A DNA stretch of 64,000 bases, from positions 92,646 to 156,645 of the forward strand of contig NMRA01000566.1 in assembly GCA_002633005.1 (NCBI GenBank), given 5' to 3'. Source of the stretch: Phoronis australis (Eukaryota > Animalia > Phoronida). Shown here in pieces: positions 1 to 13,229 of this stretch (position 1 is its first letter; every line of letters begins with the position of its first letter). The notes under the pieces were generated by a model. It was not told the DNA's origin. It made no database searches and saw nothing but the letters and a program-made list of their open reading frames with translations. The translations under genes and the position numbers were made by a program.

Positions 1-1042
1 AGTTCATCCATTGCTAGAATTTCCTCAATGACTTTGAAGCCAGCCATAATAAGTCTTTACAACACGTGCTTCATGACCAGCTTATTACTGTCATTTGGCA
101 CATTCTCGCGAATACCAAAGTTTTTCAGTTAGCATGTTACTGCTCGAGTAAAGTAGTTCGACATGATTGGGCGGTGGGAGCTATTTTAAAAGTTATGATT
201 ATCTAATTTGGTCACCGTGTATTGTTTTTATTTGCCGTAATGTACATGTAGTTAAGTTGTACAGTACACTAAAAATGAACCCCGTGATATTATCGATTAT
301 CAGCGTTTGTAAATCTTCTAAATCAATAGACACAGTCGTTTCTCTACAATCTGTAACCATTGTTTGTAATATCTAGCCTAGCACTAGTTCATCGATTTTT
401 TAAAATTGAAAACCATACTGTGTTGCTTTTGCCATCTGAATACCGTTTACACTTAACGAAATTTATTGGTTTATACATTATGAAAATTTTCAAGTCAGTA
501 TTCACTGGCAGAGATGTTTACTGCAGTTTATGGCTAGCTTATTTAAGAATAATTGGGTCTTACTCGCACTCGACAATACGGTCATCACAACTGTTTCCGA
601 ATCTGGCGCCGCGCACTCTTTGATACTGGTGAAAGCCGCTCGGAGCACTGCTTAAATGACCAGCAGTGAAAATTCCCGCATATCTTTAGAAATCATTGTA
701 AGCGGAATATTAATGCACTGCTGCCAAGGCCGAGATGACCTAACGGTTTGCTGTCAGACACATGTGGAAAATAGGTACCAAAGTACAACTAGTCTGTCTT
801 CCATTTCAATTGAGCATCGTTTTGAGTTTTACTGATAATTATTTTCAGCCACTCCTGTTGAGTCATTCAAACATCGCTTGCATCTCTATGTTTTTGATAT
901 GACGTCATTCTTTTTGTAATCTGCAACAGCACAACTACGTCACTACAAGTACCTATTCAAAGTATCTTCATGTGCACAGTCACGCATGTATTGATATTAT
1001 AGCATATTGGCGTCACAATGCCGAGCGTCCAGGTGTCCGCTT

Positions 1043-1642
1043 TATGGTGGGCCGTTGAGGGGAAAGTGTCGCCGTAAAATTACGCTCGTAATTACGAGCG
1101 TAAATTAAATTGCAGGAGTGTCGCCGTACAATAACGCTCTTAAATTAAATGGGGAAAAGTTTCGCCGTAAAATTACGCTCGTAATTACGAGCGTAAGTTA
1201 AATTGCAAAAGTGTTGCAGTAAAATTACGCCCGTAAATTAAATGGGGGAAATGTCGCCGTAAATTACGCTCGTAAAGAACCTTAAGAACGTTCCAAATTT
1301 AAACCAATCAGTGATGACCTAACATACCCGACTGTTGCTAGGCATCTTGCACAATCGCTGACATGGCAGCAGCAATTTGATCCGCCATGATTCAGCGCTC
1401 GTATCGTAGACATGAAATCCCTCAGTAAATAAGTATTTTCATGAGCGCGCGCGATCGTGGATTGTAAAACCCAACGTCATTGGCTAAGAGTTTAAACTAA
1501 ATTACGAGTGTAATTTTACGCCATAAAGAATTAAATTACTCTCGTAATTTTACGGCGTAATTAACGGCGTAAATAACGGCGTAATGTACACAATTACGCT
1601 CGTATTTTTCCGGCGACACTTTCCCCCCAACAGCCCATCATA
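1043..1642. mobile_element. 600-bp non-autonomous TIR DNA transposon (MITE) with 6-bp TSD
   Basis: Imperfect TIRs of about 40 bp (tatggtgggccgttgaggggaaagtgtcgccg vs reverse complement tatgatgggctgttggggggaaagtgtcgccg); CCGCTT flanks both ends (1037-1042, 1643-1648); many subterminal aattacgctcgt/cgccgtaa repeats. Confidence 0.88.
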
Positions 1643-4600
1643 CCGCTTGAGATATTTTCAGTTGAGACCCATTTGTCGGGTGTCCTTGATAAAATTTGAC
1701 ACTGTGACAACACTTTATAGGGCATTTTTAGAACTGACCCCGACCCCCAGGACCATAGGGGCGGGGCTTTTCAGTGTTTCCGGATATCTAGATTTTTTCG
1801 TGACACCGAGATATGTGACGTTATGTGGAACTTTGGACGAACTCGACCTCTGAATCACACTCTAATGTTGTTTCAAATGTTGAACATTCCAATTTTTCCC
1901 AACATTAACTTTAATTCTGACTTGTGTAGTTTTCCCTCATTGTGATCGGTCAAACTATTGTCTCTATAGCCCTACACCTTACTTGAAGTTGGTAAGCACT
2001 CCAAGAAACATGCCGTTTTCTATACACTATAGGCGCATATCAGTGCTTCGTGCTGCTCTTGTTTATTTTCATTTTCATGTGGCGTCATTACTTCCGTCAG
2101 TGTCATCACGGAATGTGCGTTTGACGTAGTGCACAATGGATGTACTTAAGAGTCTCCATGTACGCCTCCATAAGGTCACGCGCAACTGGTTAGTGGTTAA
2201 CACTATTTCTGCTAGGTAGGCTACAGTGCTCTTCGAAAAGTTTGTATTCAACTATTCAATTTCCCGCCTGACGGTCATTGCTGTAGCTTAAAAATAACCT
2301 CCGCTGCTTCAAACATGTGTTTTCCCGATATGTCATTCAAATGCAACAGTAATGTATAGTATGAACTGTTACAAGTTCACTCCACTCGGAAATAAAAACG
2401 TGAACATATGAACCACACGATGTAATGACAACTTACAAAGTTGTGGGAATTATGAAACCAGAATTAAAAGATCTTTCAGTCCACCATCGGAAAAGCTGGT
2501 ATTTCATTGTGAAGTTCATCCCGAAAAGGGTACATGTATAACACTGTCAGATTTTTTGATTGAATAACAGATTGTAAAATCAAGTTCTTCACTCAAAATA
2601 ACGGGATTGAACACTTTTAAAAACAGAGATGGTCGAACACGTTGTAGATGGTCCGGTGAGAACAAATTAACAAATGTTCCAAACGTACATGTGTATTGCA
2701 CAAGGTGAGCTCCCCAATTGCGCTACTATAGGACTATTGCTGCCGGTGGCGGAGGCAGCAGTGTCGCCACCCCGCCATCGTAAGTTGTTCCGGTCGTCAA
2801 AAATATTGTGACACCCTTCCCATTGTGCGCCGCTGGGGGTGGTCCGAACCCGCCTCCCCGAGCTACGCTAATGGCTATCTCGCAAATACATAAGCGCTTA
2901 GGCTTCGCTCAAGAGCTCTTACCCAACCGTGGATCGGATCATGCCAAACTCAGCGGCTTCCGTTGACTCGGCTCCTTTACTTCAATAACTTTTTTAGTCA
3001 AAATTACGTGCCCACGCTATTTTTGCGTGTGACATTTATTCTTTTTTGATTGAAGGGAACCCGAGAGTGTTGCGTTGTGTAGCTATATGCCTACATCTGT
3101 ATTTAAGTCGATATCATAAAAACCACATATTGAAGTCGACGCTTGCTCGACAGAAGCCCAAAGATTAGTGCGCTTAAAGTGTTGGAGTTTTAAGCGAATT
3201 CATTCAATGAAGAATGGGAAGGAGGATCACGTACATGTAACGTCGTTTCACTCCTGTTCTCGCGTCGTTCGTGCACATCTTGTGGATTAGTTTCGCAACG
3301 GTTCGTAAATATTACTTTTGAACCGCAAAAATTAAACAACACTGCTTGCAAGTCTAGTGAATGAAAGCAGTTTTGAAAAACTCAAAAGATCCCGAATTAT
3401 CCATACATGTACAGTCTATAGTAAATTTTTTAAGACCTGTTTACATTGTGGAACGTTTATGAACTATTTGCGAAACACTCTATTTTTTTAAATGTAGCGG
3501 CATATTTTTGAAAAGTTACAGTGTGTACGTGTTCTGCAACAGTTTGGAAAGAACCTGGTACATCTTTTCGAAATGTTTAAAATATATTTAACATAAAAAT
3601 AAAATTCAGTGCGTATAAAACTTCTGCTGATCTTTTACAGCCTCACACGACGACATTGCTACACATGTGCTCAAGTGTATAAATTTTGATTGTATGTATT
3701 CGTCAACTTAATATATTCGTCGACTCGTTTGTTGGTTCCAACATAAAATGAAGTATTTAATACGTAAATTTCCGGTGATTAAGTGACACATTGAGCAACT
3801 CTAATGTTTTCCATCGAGACCTACTAGGAGACTCGATATTCACAAGGTAACGCTAATAAAGAATGAACAGTTTTCCTCTGGCATCGGCGAAACCAACGTT
3901 CTCCATCCGCATGAGGGTATTCTTGGGAAAAGGTGCGACTACCTGAATGCATGCATTTATATCAGTGGCAGTGCATCACAAGCGCTACTTAGTGAACTTC
4001 CAGTTCCCTTTTCAAATCAATGCCTTTAGAAAGTGTTTCCAAAGTTTAGTTGGAGGGAAAATTTCACAGATTCTCTGTACAACTCTGAACCATGTTGTTG
4101 TCGTGGTGACAATATGTGTCGACAACGACAACATTTGCCACAACAAGCCCTCGACTTGCACGACCTCTTCCTGACAGTCACTTCTTCACTGTGGCAGCAC
4201 GTCGCAAGTTTGACTTGCAAACGTTGCATAAAATGCATCGTTTGTCTTGTAAAATAGGCTGCATTCGCCCTGTTCAGCAGGCTCAAAATGAAAATTGAGT
4301 TAGGCCTTTTACTCGCACACATTCCGTCACTCTCATGTATTTCTCTTCCGTGATAAGATTCCATTTCCGCTAGTCACAAGCAATTCGTACGTGTGCCATT
4401 GTCAATTTCGCAACTTTAAGGTTGATTATAATCCTAACTAAGTCTGTCCTTGAATCGCTGATGATTTCTATGTTTTTCACTAACGGAAACCTGAGAAGGT
4501 ATGGAATATTAAGAGACAAATTCTGAGAGTAAAATACCTCATTCGATTTCCTTTTTGGCCGGCTAATGAGGGTGAAAAGCTGCTTTAACCGATTGCAAGA

Positions 4601-5065
4601 CACTGTGCGAAAACATAAGCACTGGGGCCCAGGACTGCAACGTGATCTCTACAGCAACGCCCGCACCAACCTGCGCCGGTACTGCGTCATCTATTGCAAA
4701 CTTGGGTCGTGTTTTAACTACTTGCTAATTGAATTTGTAAAAGGTTTTACTTGGCGACGTATAACTCGGCAATGCGACCCCACGTTTTTGGCGACCTGGA
4801 AACGTTCCAAGTCGCCACGAAGTCATGGTAATCACCATCACTGACTGACACAGTCTATAGTATTATCGTTACCTGTCTTTTTACAATTTTAATGCTATGG
4901 TGCACCGAAATGCAATTTGTTGCTTCAAGGCAAAATATTTCGATTCCTGAAATGTTTTTCTTGGATCCACAAATCCTCTGTCTTGTTCACTTTTGCAAAC
5001 AACGGGCAAATTTTCAATTTACTATCATGCGGGACAAATGAGTGATTTCTGAAAAGTTCACTTAC

Positions 5066-5294
5066 CTTCAAAGTATTCATCGGTGTGAAACAGATCGTGC
5101 AGGTTCTGTGGTAGAACGAACGTTGTTAGCAACATGTCGCTCAGGGCCACGTTTAAAATATACATATTCACTGTGATTTTCTTGTGTCGGTGGCCGCGCA
5201 GGATCGTCAAAACGATAATTATGTTGCAAGCAAGAGATACAAGCAAGATGATTGAGATAACGCATGTGAATACAATTACGCCAGCTGTCGCCAT
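5066..5294 (-). CDS. First coding exon (TM1-TM2-ECL1) of a class A rhodopsin-like, probably peptide-receptor-type, GPCR; remaining exons not found and probably lie left of the window
   Basis: Hydrophobic TM1 ending ACNIIIV, basic ICL1 (RGHRHKK), TVNMYILNVALSD (TNxYIxNLAxSD consensus), TM2 proline; AG|gtaagt donor at 5065. Confidence 0.85.
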
Positions 5295-5361
5295 GTCTCC
5301 CCACAGTTCGTGAAAGGCGTGGATAACGGTTGGTCTCCAGTTCCATCACGTGCCGCACACA

Positions 5362-5367
5362 TTTATA
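5362..5367 (-). promoter_or_regulatory. Candidate TATA box of the GPCR gene
   Basis: TATAAA on the minus strand about 70 bp upstream of the ATG; CACGTG E-box at 5347-5352. Confidence 0.35.
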
Positions 5368-6604
5368 CTAGCACGCGACACAGTTTTGTCTTTAAATCGA
5401 TATCGCGCGAGTTAACGAGTTTTAATTGAACTTTTCTACGGTGACCACTTTCCTACACATTTTACACATGCGCCTAACGAGGCCTGTAAGACCACAAGTT
5501 GCCGCACATTTCGACGTGTGCAGACCTGCGAACCAAATTAAAGCATGGGCGGCGCAGCACTGGAAAATGGGGGGCTCTAGCCCCNCCCCCCCCCCCTACT
5601 CCGTCCCCCTATGGTGCCCCACCCATGTAAAGGTAGATTTTCTTTGCAACAATTGTTGGTTCGTAAAGTGTCATAAGATCAGTGTCATAACCCTCAAAGT
5701 ACACGACAGTTTGTGGAGAATTTGAAGAACAATTTGTAAATTCTGATGACCAATGAGGTCGTTTATCTCACTGTGTGGATGCAGTGAAGATATGAATCCA
5801 CGAATTATAGACAAATGCCCTTTACAAGGACGTACGTCAAAATGACGATGTTAAACTGCATTAGTATATGAAGTATGTACGATACAACATTGGCAGGCCG
5901 CTAACAACACCATCGTTTGCATTCGGCGTTAATGGCCATTTTCAGTAACACCGCATGCCACTTTAAACGGCCGTACCCGCCAATATCGCAGTATCTGCCA
6001 AGTTCCACGCCATTCTTGACGTTGAAGCCATCTTCAGGGATAGGGTGAAGAAACCACTCACCTACCAAAACCACGAAGACTTGTATCAACTGTAAATGCA
6101 CTCAATTGCTTTTTTATTCTTCATGTATCGCAACAGTTTGAACTTCAACGTAGCGACCATCATAAACCAAAATTTTTGAAACGGAAAAACTACGACAGCT
6201 CGTGTTTCAAAGGTTTGAAGACACTGCCCACACATTGTGGTCTAGATTTACCCTTGAATTGTGACCTACTTTTCCTGTTTGTGCGAAAACTCGTTCTCAA
6301 ATTAAGTTAACACATAGGCTGTGCAACAACATGTATAGCTTTAAGTACGTTAATCTGGCTGAATCGAATGAGGCATTATACTTTTAAAACATTGGTCACA
6401 AAAATTTCCTCAGTACAATAGGACTTCTTTTCTGTCACCGATTACAATGTACATGGATTTGCCATTTACACTGACTTTCAGGGGTCAATAGCAGGCAATC
6501 TTCAACTCAGAACAGATAAAAAAATCAAGCAAACGCCATTCGTAGCAGTCATATTCAGCACATAACATAAAAAGTCACGCCACCCCAGCGGGAGTCAATT
6601 TTTT

Positions 6605-8186
6605 ACAAGAGCATCGCGGAGCGTTGAAATGCGTCCACGAATGCACGGCACACGGAGTGCTTCTAGGGTTGTTTACTTGTTACCATAAAATAGCCTCCAG
6701 AGGGCGAAAAAATGTCCAAGACATCTGAAGATGGGAAAATGCCATCGCTTTTTTAATAGAAAGCTATTTGCCAAATTTCATAAAAAATTGTCAAGGAACT
6801 TCTGAGAAACAAAGGAAAACAAAAAATGAAATTGCCACTATGGGACACAGCCTTCAATGGATCCGCCGGAAAGACGTCGTCATCTGTTGTTAGCTTCAAA
6901 TAAATACAATTAATAAATTTAGTATAGTTCCTGCAGTGAGTTTAGGAGATGCAGCTATGGGCGCAAAACAAAACAAAACTACCCCTAGGAGGCGCTACAG
7001 TAGTCGAATTCGTTATCGTCAACCGTCATCCTCACAATTTTCAACTTGAAGTCATCCTCAGAATGGTTTGGTTGATCGAGGGGTGGACTCCAAAAAACAA
7101 GACTCGAAAACAGGAAAAATGGCCACTAGGTGTCGCAAAGTACCTCGATTCCATCTGAAAGCGGGAGGATAGCGCCATCATCTCACAAATAAATGCCTAT
7201 ATTCCAAACTTTCTGATAATCCGTTGAGGACCTTTGAAGAGGCAAACCTAAAAAATGAAAATTGCTAGTAGGGGGCATACTGGTAGTCAGATCCGTCCGA
7301 AAGTTTTTGTCATCCGTTGTCAACATCAAATAATTATACTTGCTAAATTTAGCAAAGATGCCGCAAACCCGCGTTGACATACAACCATGGACGCAAAAAA
7401 ACTGCCACTGGGACGCCAAAAAAAAAACTAAAAACAGTAAAAATGGCCACTAGGCGGCGCAAACTACGTCAAATCCATCCGAAAATGGGAGGATATATAT
7501 ATTTCAAATTTTTTGAAAATACGTTGAGAACTTTTGACGATACATAGGAAAACATAAAACAATTAAATTGTTACTAGGGGGCCCACCGGTAGTCAGATCC
7601 GTCCGAAAGTCGTCGTCATCCATTGTCAACATCATATAAATACACTTGCAGAATTTAGTAAAGATCCTGCAATGGTTTAGGAGAAACAGCCATGGGCGGA
7701 AATAAAGAGACAAAACTGCCAATAGGAGGCACCGCAGTATTTGAAACGTCGGAAAATTATCGTCAGCCGACCTCTCCCTAATAAAAACATACATGCCAAT
7801 TTCCACAATCATCCTTAGAGCGGTTTGGTTGATTGAGGGGTGGACGCCAAAAGAAAAACAGAATCGAAAACAGCAAAAATGGCCACTAGCTGGCGCAAAC
7901 TGGGTAGAATCCATCCGAAAACTGGAGGATGGCGTCACCCCACTAATAGATGCCTATATGTCAAATTTTATGAAAATACGTCGAGGACATTTGAACAGGT
8001 AAGCGTAAAAAACTAAAATTGCCCCTATAGGGCACACCGGTAGTCGGATCCGTCCGAAAGTTCGCTCATGCCGTCCCATCCATGATAGGAACAAATGAGC
8101 AAAATTTCATGAGTGTACGTCAAAGGACGCCGGACGGACGGAGGTGACGGCATAATGCGTCCACATATAAATATGTGGGCGCATAA
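6605..8186. mobile_element. Helentron/HINE (DINE-1-like) non-autonomous rolling-circle element, copy 1
   Basis: One end acaagagcatcgcggagcgttgaaatgcgtccac; other end GGAC microsatellite plus hairpin atgcgtccacatat-aa-atatgtgggcgcat; internal tandem units; no TSD seen. Confidence 0.8.
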
Positions 8187-11100
8187 TAAACATTAATGAT
8201 CGTGGCTTAGCTGCGATTTTGAAGAAGCACTATTCGCTAATTCAGCCCCTTATAATGCATCGAATTTAAAAATTCAAAGACAACAAATATTTATTTTTCA
8301 ATTTTAAAAATAGTAATGTTGGTAGTTTGCCTTGCTTTTGACCGTGTAACATTTATTCGCGACTTCACGAAGAATGGTGTGCAATTTGTTTGATAGGCTG
8401 AAGTTCAGCAGCGCGCGAAGAAAGTGTAGAAATATCGACTGACGTTGTTCTGTGTTATTTTGACTCCAACAGAAACGCAAATGTATATGTTGATGCAAAA
8501 TCATGCAAGCTCGTGTCAGGCCTAGGTGGAACATTGTCCCAAGATGGAAGAGTACTTGCATATGAAACAATGATACCTGTCCCTTATGCCCACTGCGTTT
8601 TAGGAATAAGGGGCTGGTCTTTTTAATTATGGGAAACATCTTAAACAGAAGTATTCGTGGAACAATAAAAGAAGAGGTGAGCTGGGTACCTCCCAGTCTT
8701 ACAACCAAGCTTTTAAGACTGGCCAGGATTCAACTGCAGATCACTGTGGTAAATGGAAGATATAATATGTCACTTAAACCTGCAGAAACATAAGAAAATA
8801 ACAGGTCGATCAACAGAATCCAGGTGCCCGAAATGCTGGATGGAAGATGAAACACCGAAACACCATATCAGCCGGTACATGTATATGTCACTGACCCGAA
8901 AGCATTCAGACTAAAAGAATGCTGAAAACTATCGTGGAGTTAACAAAAACATTAAAACACTTGCAGAAATGCCTCAAGCAGGCTAGTAGACTCGCTGAAT
9001 ATGAGCAGTGAAATAAAAGCACAGTGTCTGTTGCAATGGGACTGTAAAGACCTAAATAACGTCTGGCCCCTTCGGTTTTGCGTACTTTAATTATTGTGCA
9101 AAATTCGCGCTCCCCCTCACCCCCGCCTTCCTACAAAATGTCCCGACAGCATAAAACCTTGTTTGAGCAGATTTTCGAAGCAAGCACACTTGGTTGCAAT
9201 ACAATCAAAATGCAGAGACTGCTCAGTAGCATAGGTCCGTCGCAGTCTTGGGGAATGACCAGTTCTGTTCCCCTACCCTCAAAATGGCCAACCACGGGGT
9301 GCAGGGAAACTAGAGACGGCCGACTGGAGGTAAAAGACGTACCCGATTTCCACATTACGAGCCACCAGTTTCTATATTATGGTTTCGCACGCTGGTTGAG
9401 GCGGTGAATAAAATAACTGTGACCGAAAGACAAGTGTCGATGGATAGAATGACGAGTTACCGGAAGTATCTATGAGTTAGAAGGGATTACTTCAAGACCT
9501 TAAGTGACGGGGATGTTGACACTGAAGTCTGTATTGGGATGCTGTGACTTTTAATGACCATTTTGATCGATCGAACTACACCTTTGAATACATGGCTCCC
9601 TTGATCACCAAGGGTCACTACGCAAGATGTCAACTGGTATTAGAAAAGTTAATTAATCTTCATGTCGGAATCGGAACTAAACGAGTTGATTTCCGACAAT
9701 ATCTTAATGGACATGGAACACAGTTAAATTAAAATAATTTAATTGCCCGTCAGTGCCGCAACTATATGCATTTGTCAAATCTCAGATGACGACTCGCTTC
9801 GATTTATGAGCACACGTTAATGTTTTAATTAATGAGCAAAAACAAAGCAAATGCTCTGTTAAAGAGACATTATCGGTTTTAAGGCACAAAACGCATTATA
9901 GTTGGGTGTTTATTGTGGATTAGCATTTTGAAGTTATTTATTTGTTAAAAGGATACCAAACCCGGTTTTGGCCTATAAACAGATTACTAAAACGACTTCC
10001 TCGTCCAGTTCTCCAAAACGACATAATGCTGTGACCATCGACAACCATAAAAAGATACGAGAAAAATTTGAAAACTCCTGCCAAAATCTGCTGTAACTGG
10101 GAAGCGTGACCTATACTTTAGCGAATTCTTGTAAGCGTCAACCGTGGGAAAAGACCACCCATAATGCCCAATTGACGAAATAGGGGATATGAGTTTTTAG
10201 CTGATTCCTGCTTTTATCTTTGAAGATTGGCGCCAATGATGCATTAACATGAGACAGAAGGAGGCCTGGTTAAGTTCATCAAAACGGGGTTTACATGCAG
10301 CGTCGTTTTAAGCGATCTCACAACAGATTCTCACATTATCTGTGAAAGAAGCCGACCTTGTAACATTAAGTACCAAATGGGCGGTTTTACTGCATCTTTT
10401 TCACACACTTAAATGTACTGTATGTAACACGCTGAGTTTGCAAAATGGGGTCTAAACCTTTACATGTAAGTCTTGCCATTTCTACAAATGCAATACATAT
10501 AAATTCTAACTGCAGCTCCCACAAGTAAACGCCTCCACTGATCGCCGGTTAGTAGGCCTACTTAAGCAATATATTGGAGACGGGGTGACCAAGTCATATT
10601 CCGACAGATCACTCTATTACATCGTATGTGTGATTATAGTCTTTCCATGCTATCTCCATATCTTCCAATTTTTTATACCAACTTGATCCGCGAAAGGGGA
10701 CTCTAAGGCAATCCTTTAAACGTTCCACGAACAAGCTTGTAAAACCGTGAACTGCACAAACTTCAATACTGACCCGCTAGATAACTTTGGTTGTTGCGCG
10801 GTGTCAAGTACTTTGTTCAACCATTTCACAGCGTCGTTAAATGCTTGAACACATCACACTGTGACGTGATGACATTATGGAAATTCCGCTGCAACGCATG
10901 CAACCGGGCCCTTTGCGAAAATTGCTCAGACTGTGAGTCGCCTTTGGCTACTCTTGATCTTAAAGCGGCATTGAACTCGTTCAGCAACTAAAAAACTTTC
11001 AGAAAATTATTGGACAACGTCGAAAATTGACATACATGTATCGACGCACAACGCCGCGACTAAATAACAATTTCATTTTGATTACTTCTCGCCGGATTCA

Positions 11101-11863
11101 ATTCCGACTAAATCTCGCCAACGCTAAACGCACTTATGTCAACACCACACCAACCCACAAATACACTACTCTAGCTGCAGTTACGCCGCACTAAATTTCA
11201 CCTTAACTCAACTTCGACACAGATGCCCTTTTATTACATGAAGTTCGACTGACTGACAAATAACTCTGGCACGAGTTTCTATAAGGTTTGGGTAGAGTTC
11301 TGTCTAGTTCATGACCAAAATAATCATTGACTAGAATATTTCCAAGTGAATATACCATTACCTTCAACACTCAGTTGTGCAACCATCAAAGTTTAGAGTC
11401 TGGCTGACCCCACAGTTCTCTAAACAAATCGTGTGAAAATGTACTGACTGTTCCTGTTACCACAGAAACAGTGATAATGATTGGGAAGTTGCAAGATTGA
11501 ATTAAATACTTCGTTTGTTCAAACAGCGATATTTTTGCTATCCTATGCTACAATCTAACGTGAATTCATATATATCAACACATGGAACAAAACCTCGCAC
11601 ACTGATCAATTTATGAGATATGAAAATAAAAGAACCCAAAGGAACCAAACAAAGCGTTCTGCTCCAGTGACATCTTGGGCAGTGGGCATGGAAAACTTAT
11701 CATCTGGATTATGACTACAGTTACTAATTGAGGTAAAAGCATGCTGTTAATGTTCATCTGACTTAAAAAAAGGATTCATCATTGAAAGTTCGAGATTTTG
11801 GCTTGAGCTAATTTGCCCTGTCTTGGGTTGTACCAAAATCTGGTTACTAACAAGAAACAATAA

Positions 11864-11869
11864 TTTATT
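11864..11869 (-). promoter_or_regulatory. Candidate polyadenylation signal of the SBNO-like gene
   Basis: AATAAA on the minus strand about 850 nt past the stop codon; another occurs at 11230-11235. Confidence 0.3.
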
Positions 11870-12713
11870 TTACAAAAACTCAGCTTGCTGGTTCCAGGCA
11901 GTGACTACTTGAGAAAAAACAAATAACACCAGAACAAGTCATACAACGTTGACTACCATGCCATGACTCTCACTGGCATTAAGGAAAACTTTATGTGCCC
12001 TATTTGACTGTTTAAGCACACTGTGTCCTTGAGAAGTCAAAAAAAAAACAAGACTGACAAAATAACCACAACATACTTGAAACATGCCAAATCCCTGGCC
12101 AATATCAATATTGACTATTGGGTACAGGCACTGGGTACTGCTAAAAGTAGGCTTTTTCATCATCTGGTATTGCCTCTGGTACCTATGGTCAAAGTAGCTC
12201 CCTAATGCCTTGGTGTGGATTTTGAATGCATGGTGACTGTACTCCCTAACAATAAAGTGGAAGACACCCTGAAAGCTTTTGACAGTCCCACACGACTATA
12301 TTTGGTCGGCCATCACTGGTGCTATAGACTTCTGATAATTTAGTATGACCTCATAGTGACCCCTGCTTGTCAACACACAGCCACGTGAGCTCAAGAGGGT
12401 ATGCTTGTTTATAGCAACCAAATATGGGAGTAGTCCTCCAAAACAGATAGGATAAAGTTTCACCAATTTGGGACACAATATGGCAGACCACAGAAATTCT
12501 ATTTTGACTCTCACTTTCCCATAAAAGAGATGAAGTAGCAGATGAATGCTTTTCCATGTTAAAGTACTGCACCATAGCTGCCATCAGAGAACATTTTGAA
12601 GAATTGCGGGCATGCCTGTAACAATGGTAGAGCTGGGTGAAAAATGACGAATAGCAATTTCGACAATGATTTTTGAACGCAACAAATGAGACTTCACAAA
12701 ACTGCCAAATTCT

Positions 12714-13229
12714 TCACTCAATAAGACAGTTGTCAATGTGCTTATTGACATCGCTGTTCCTCGTTGCAGCGTCAAACTTCTTTCCACACACAGGACACGT
12801 CATCTTCATTTCCTTTACGCTCTCCTCCTTAGCTTTTTGCCGAGCAAAACTTGCAAACAGATTCGACTGTTTTTGCTTTTTCACAGCTGTCCTATCACAA
12901 TGTTTCTCAAAAGGCCTCTTAAGTGAGGATGCACCACAACTAGATTGATCAGCTTCTTTCAACAATTTGTTGCCTTTTGCAGATAGGTTTTCCTTAAGAC
13001 CTGTGACTTTATCACCACAAATTTTTTCTGACCCAACTTCATTATCAGTAGACTCGGGCAATTTTGTTGACGGTTTGAAAAAGCTTTTAATTGTCACAGG
13101 GGGTGTCAAAGCTTTTGCCAAGAACCTAGGACAGACTGGCGTCTCTGTCTCTACTACTGACACCTTTTGGATGGATACATTTGATGGTTTCTGTACAGGT
13201 ACGGTCACCACTCGTCCATCAGCAAACAT
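12714..13229 (-). CDS. SBNO-like terminal exon 28: low-complexity tail with TIKSFFKP and [11 protein letters not shown]-like motifs and UBZ4 finger CPVC-x15-HIDNC
   Basis: tttctcag acceptor in phase 0 matching the exon 27 donor; 171 aa to stop; longest ORF in the track. Confidence 0.85.
   Translation of the reverse strand: MFADGRVVTVPVQKPSNVSIQKVSVVETETPVCPRFLAKALTPPVTIKSFFKPSTKLPESTDNEVGSEKICGDKVTGLKENLSAKGNKLLKEADQSSCGASSLKRPFEKHCDRTAVKKQKQSNLFASFARQKAKEESVKEMKMTCPVCGKKFDAATRNSDVNKHIDNCLIE

Noticed and set aside
4026-4364. Cys-rich 112-aa minus-strand ORF as a possible next GPCR exon
   Set aside because: No TM3 or DRY motif and no hydrophobic helices; no recognisable domain.
5565-5612. 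Short catgggcggc...cccctatg element, related to 43562-43600
   Set aside because: Probably a tiny TIR-element remnant, but it contains an N and shows no TSD; too little evidence to classify.
7504-7938. Recurring similar ORFs (also near 19078, 19916, 36851, 37200, 38048) suggesting a gene family
   Set aside because: They are translations of the non-coding HINE-like repeat units; reading frames are not conserved between copies.
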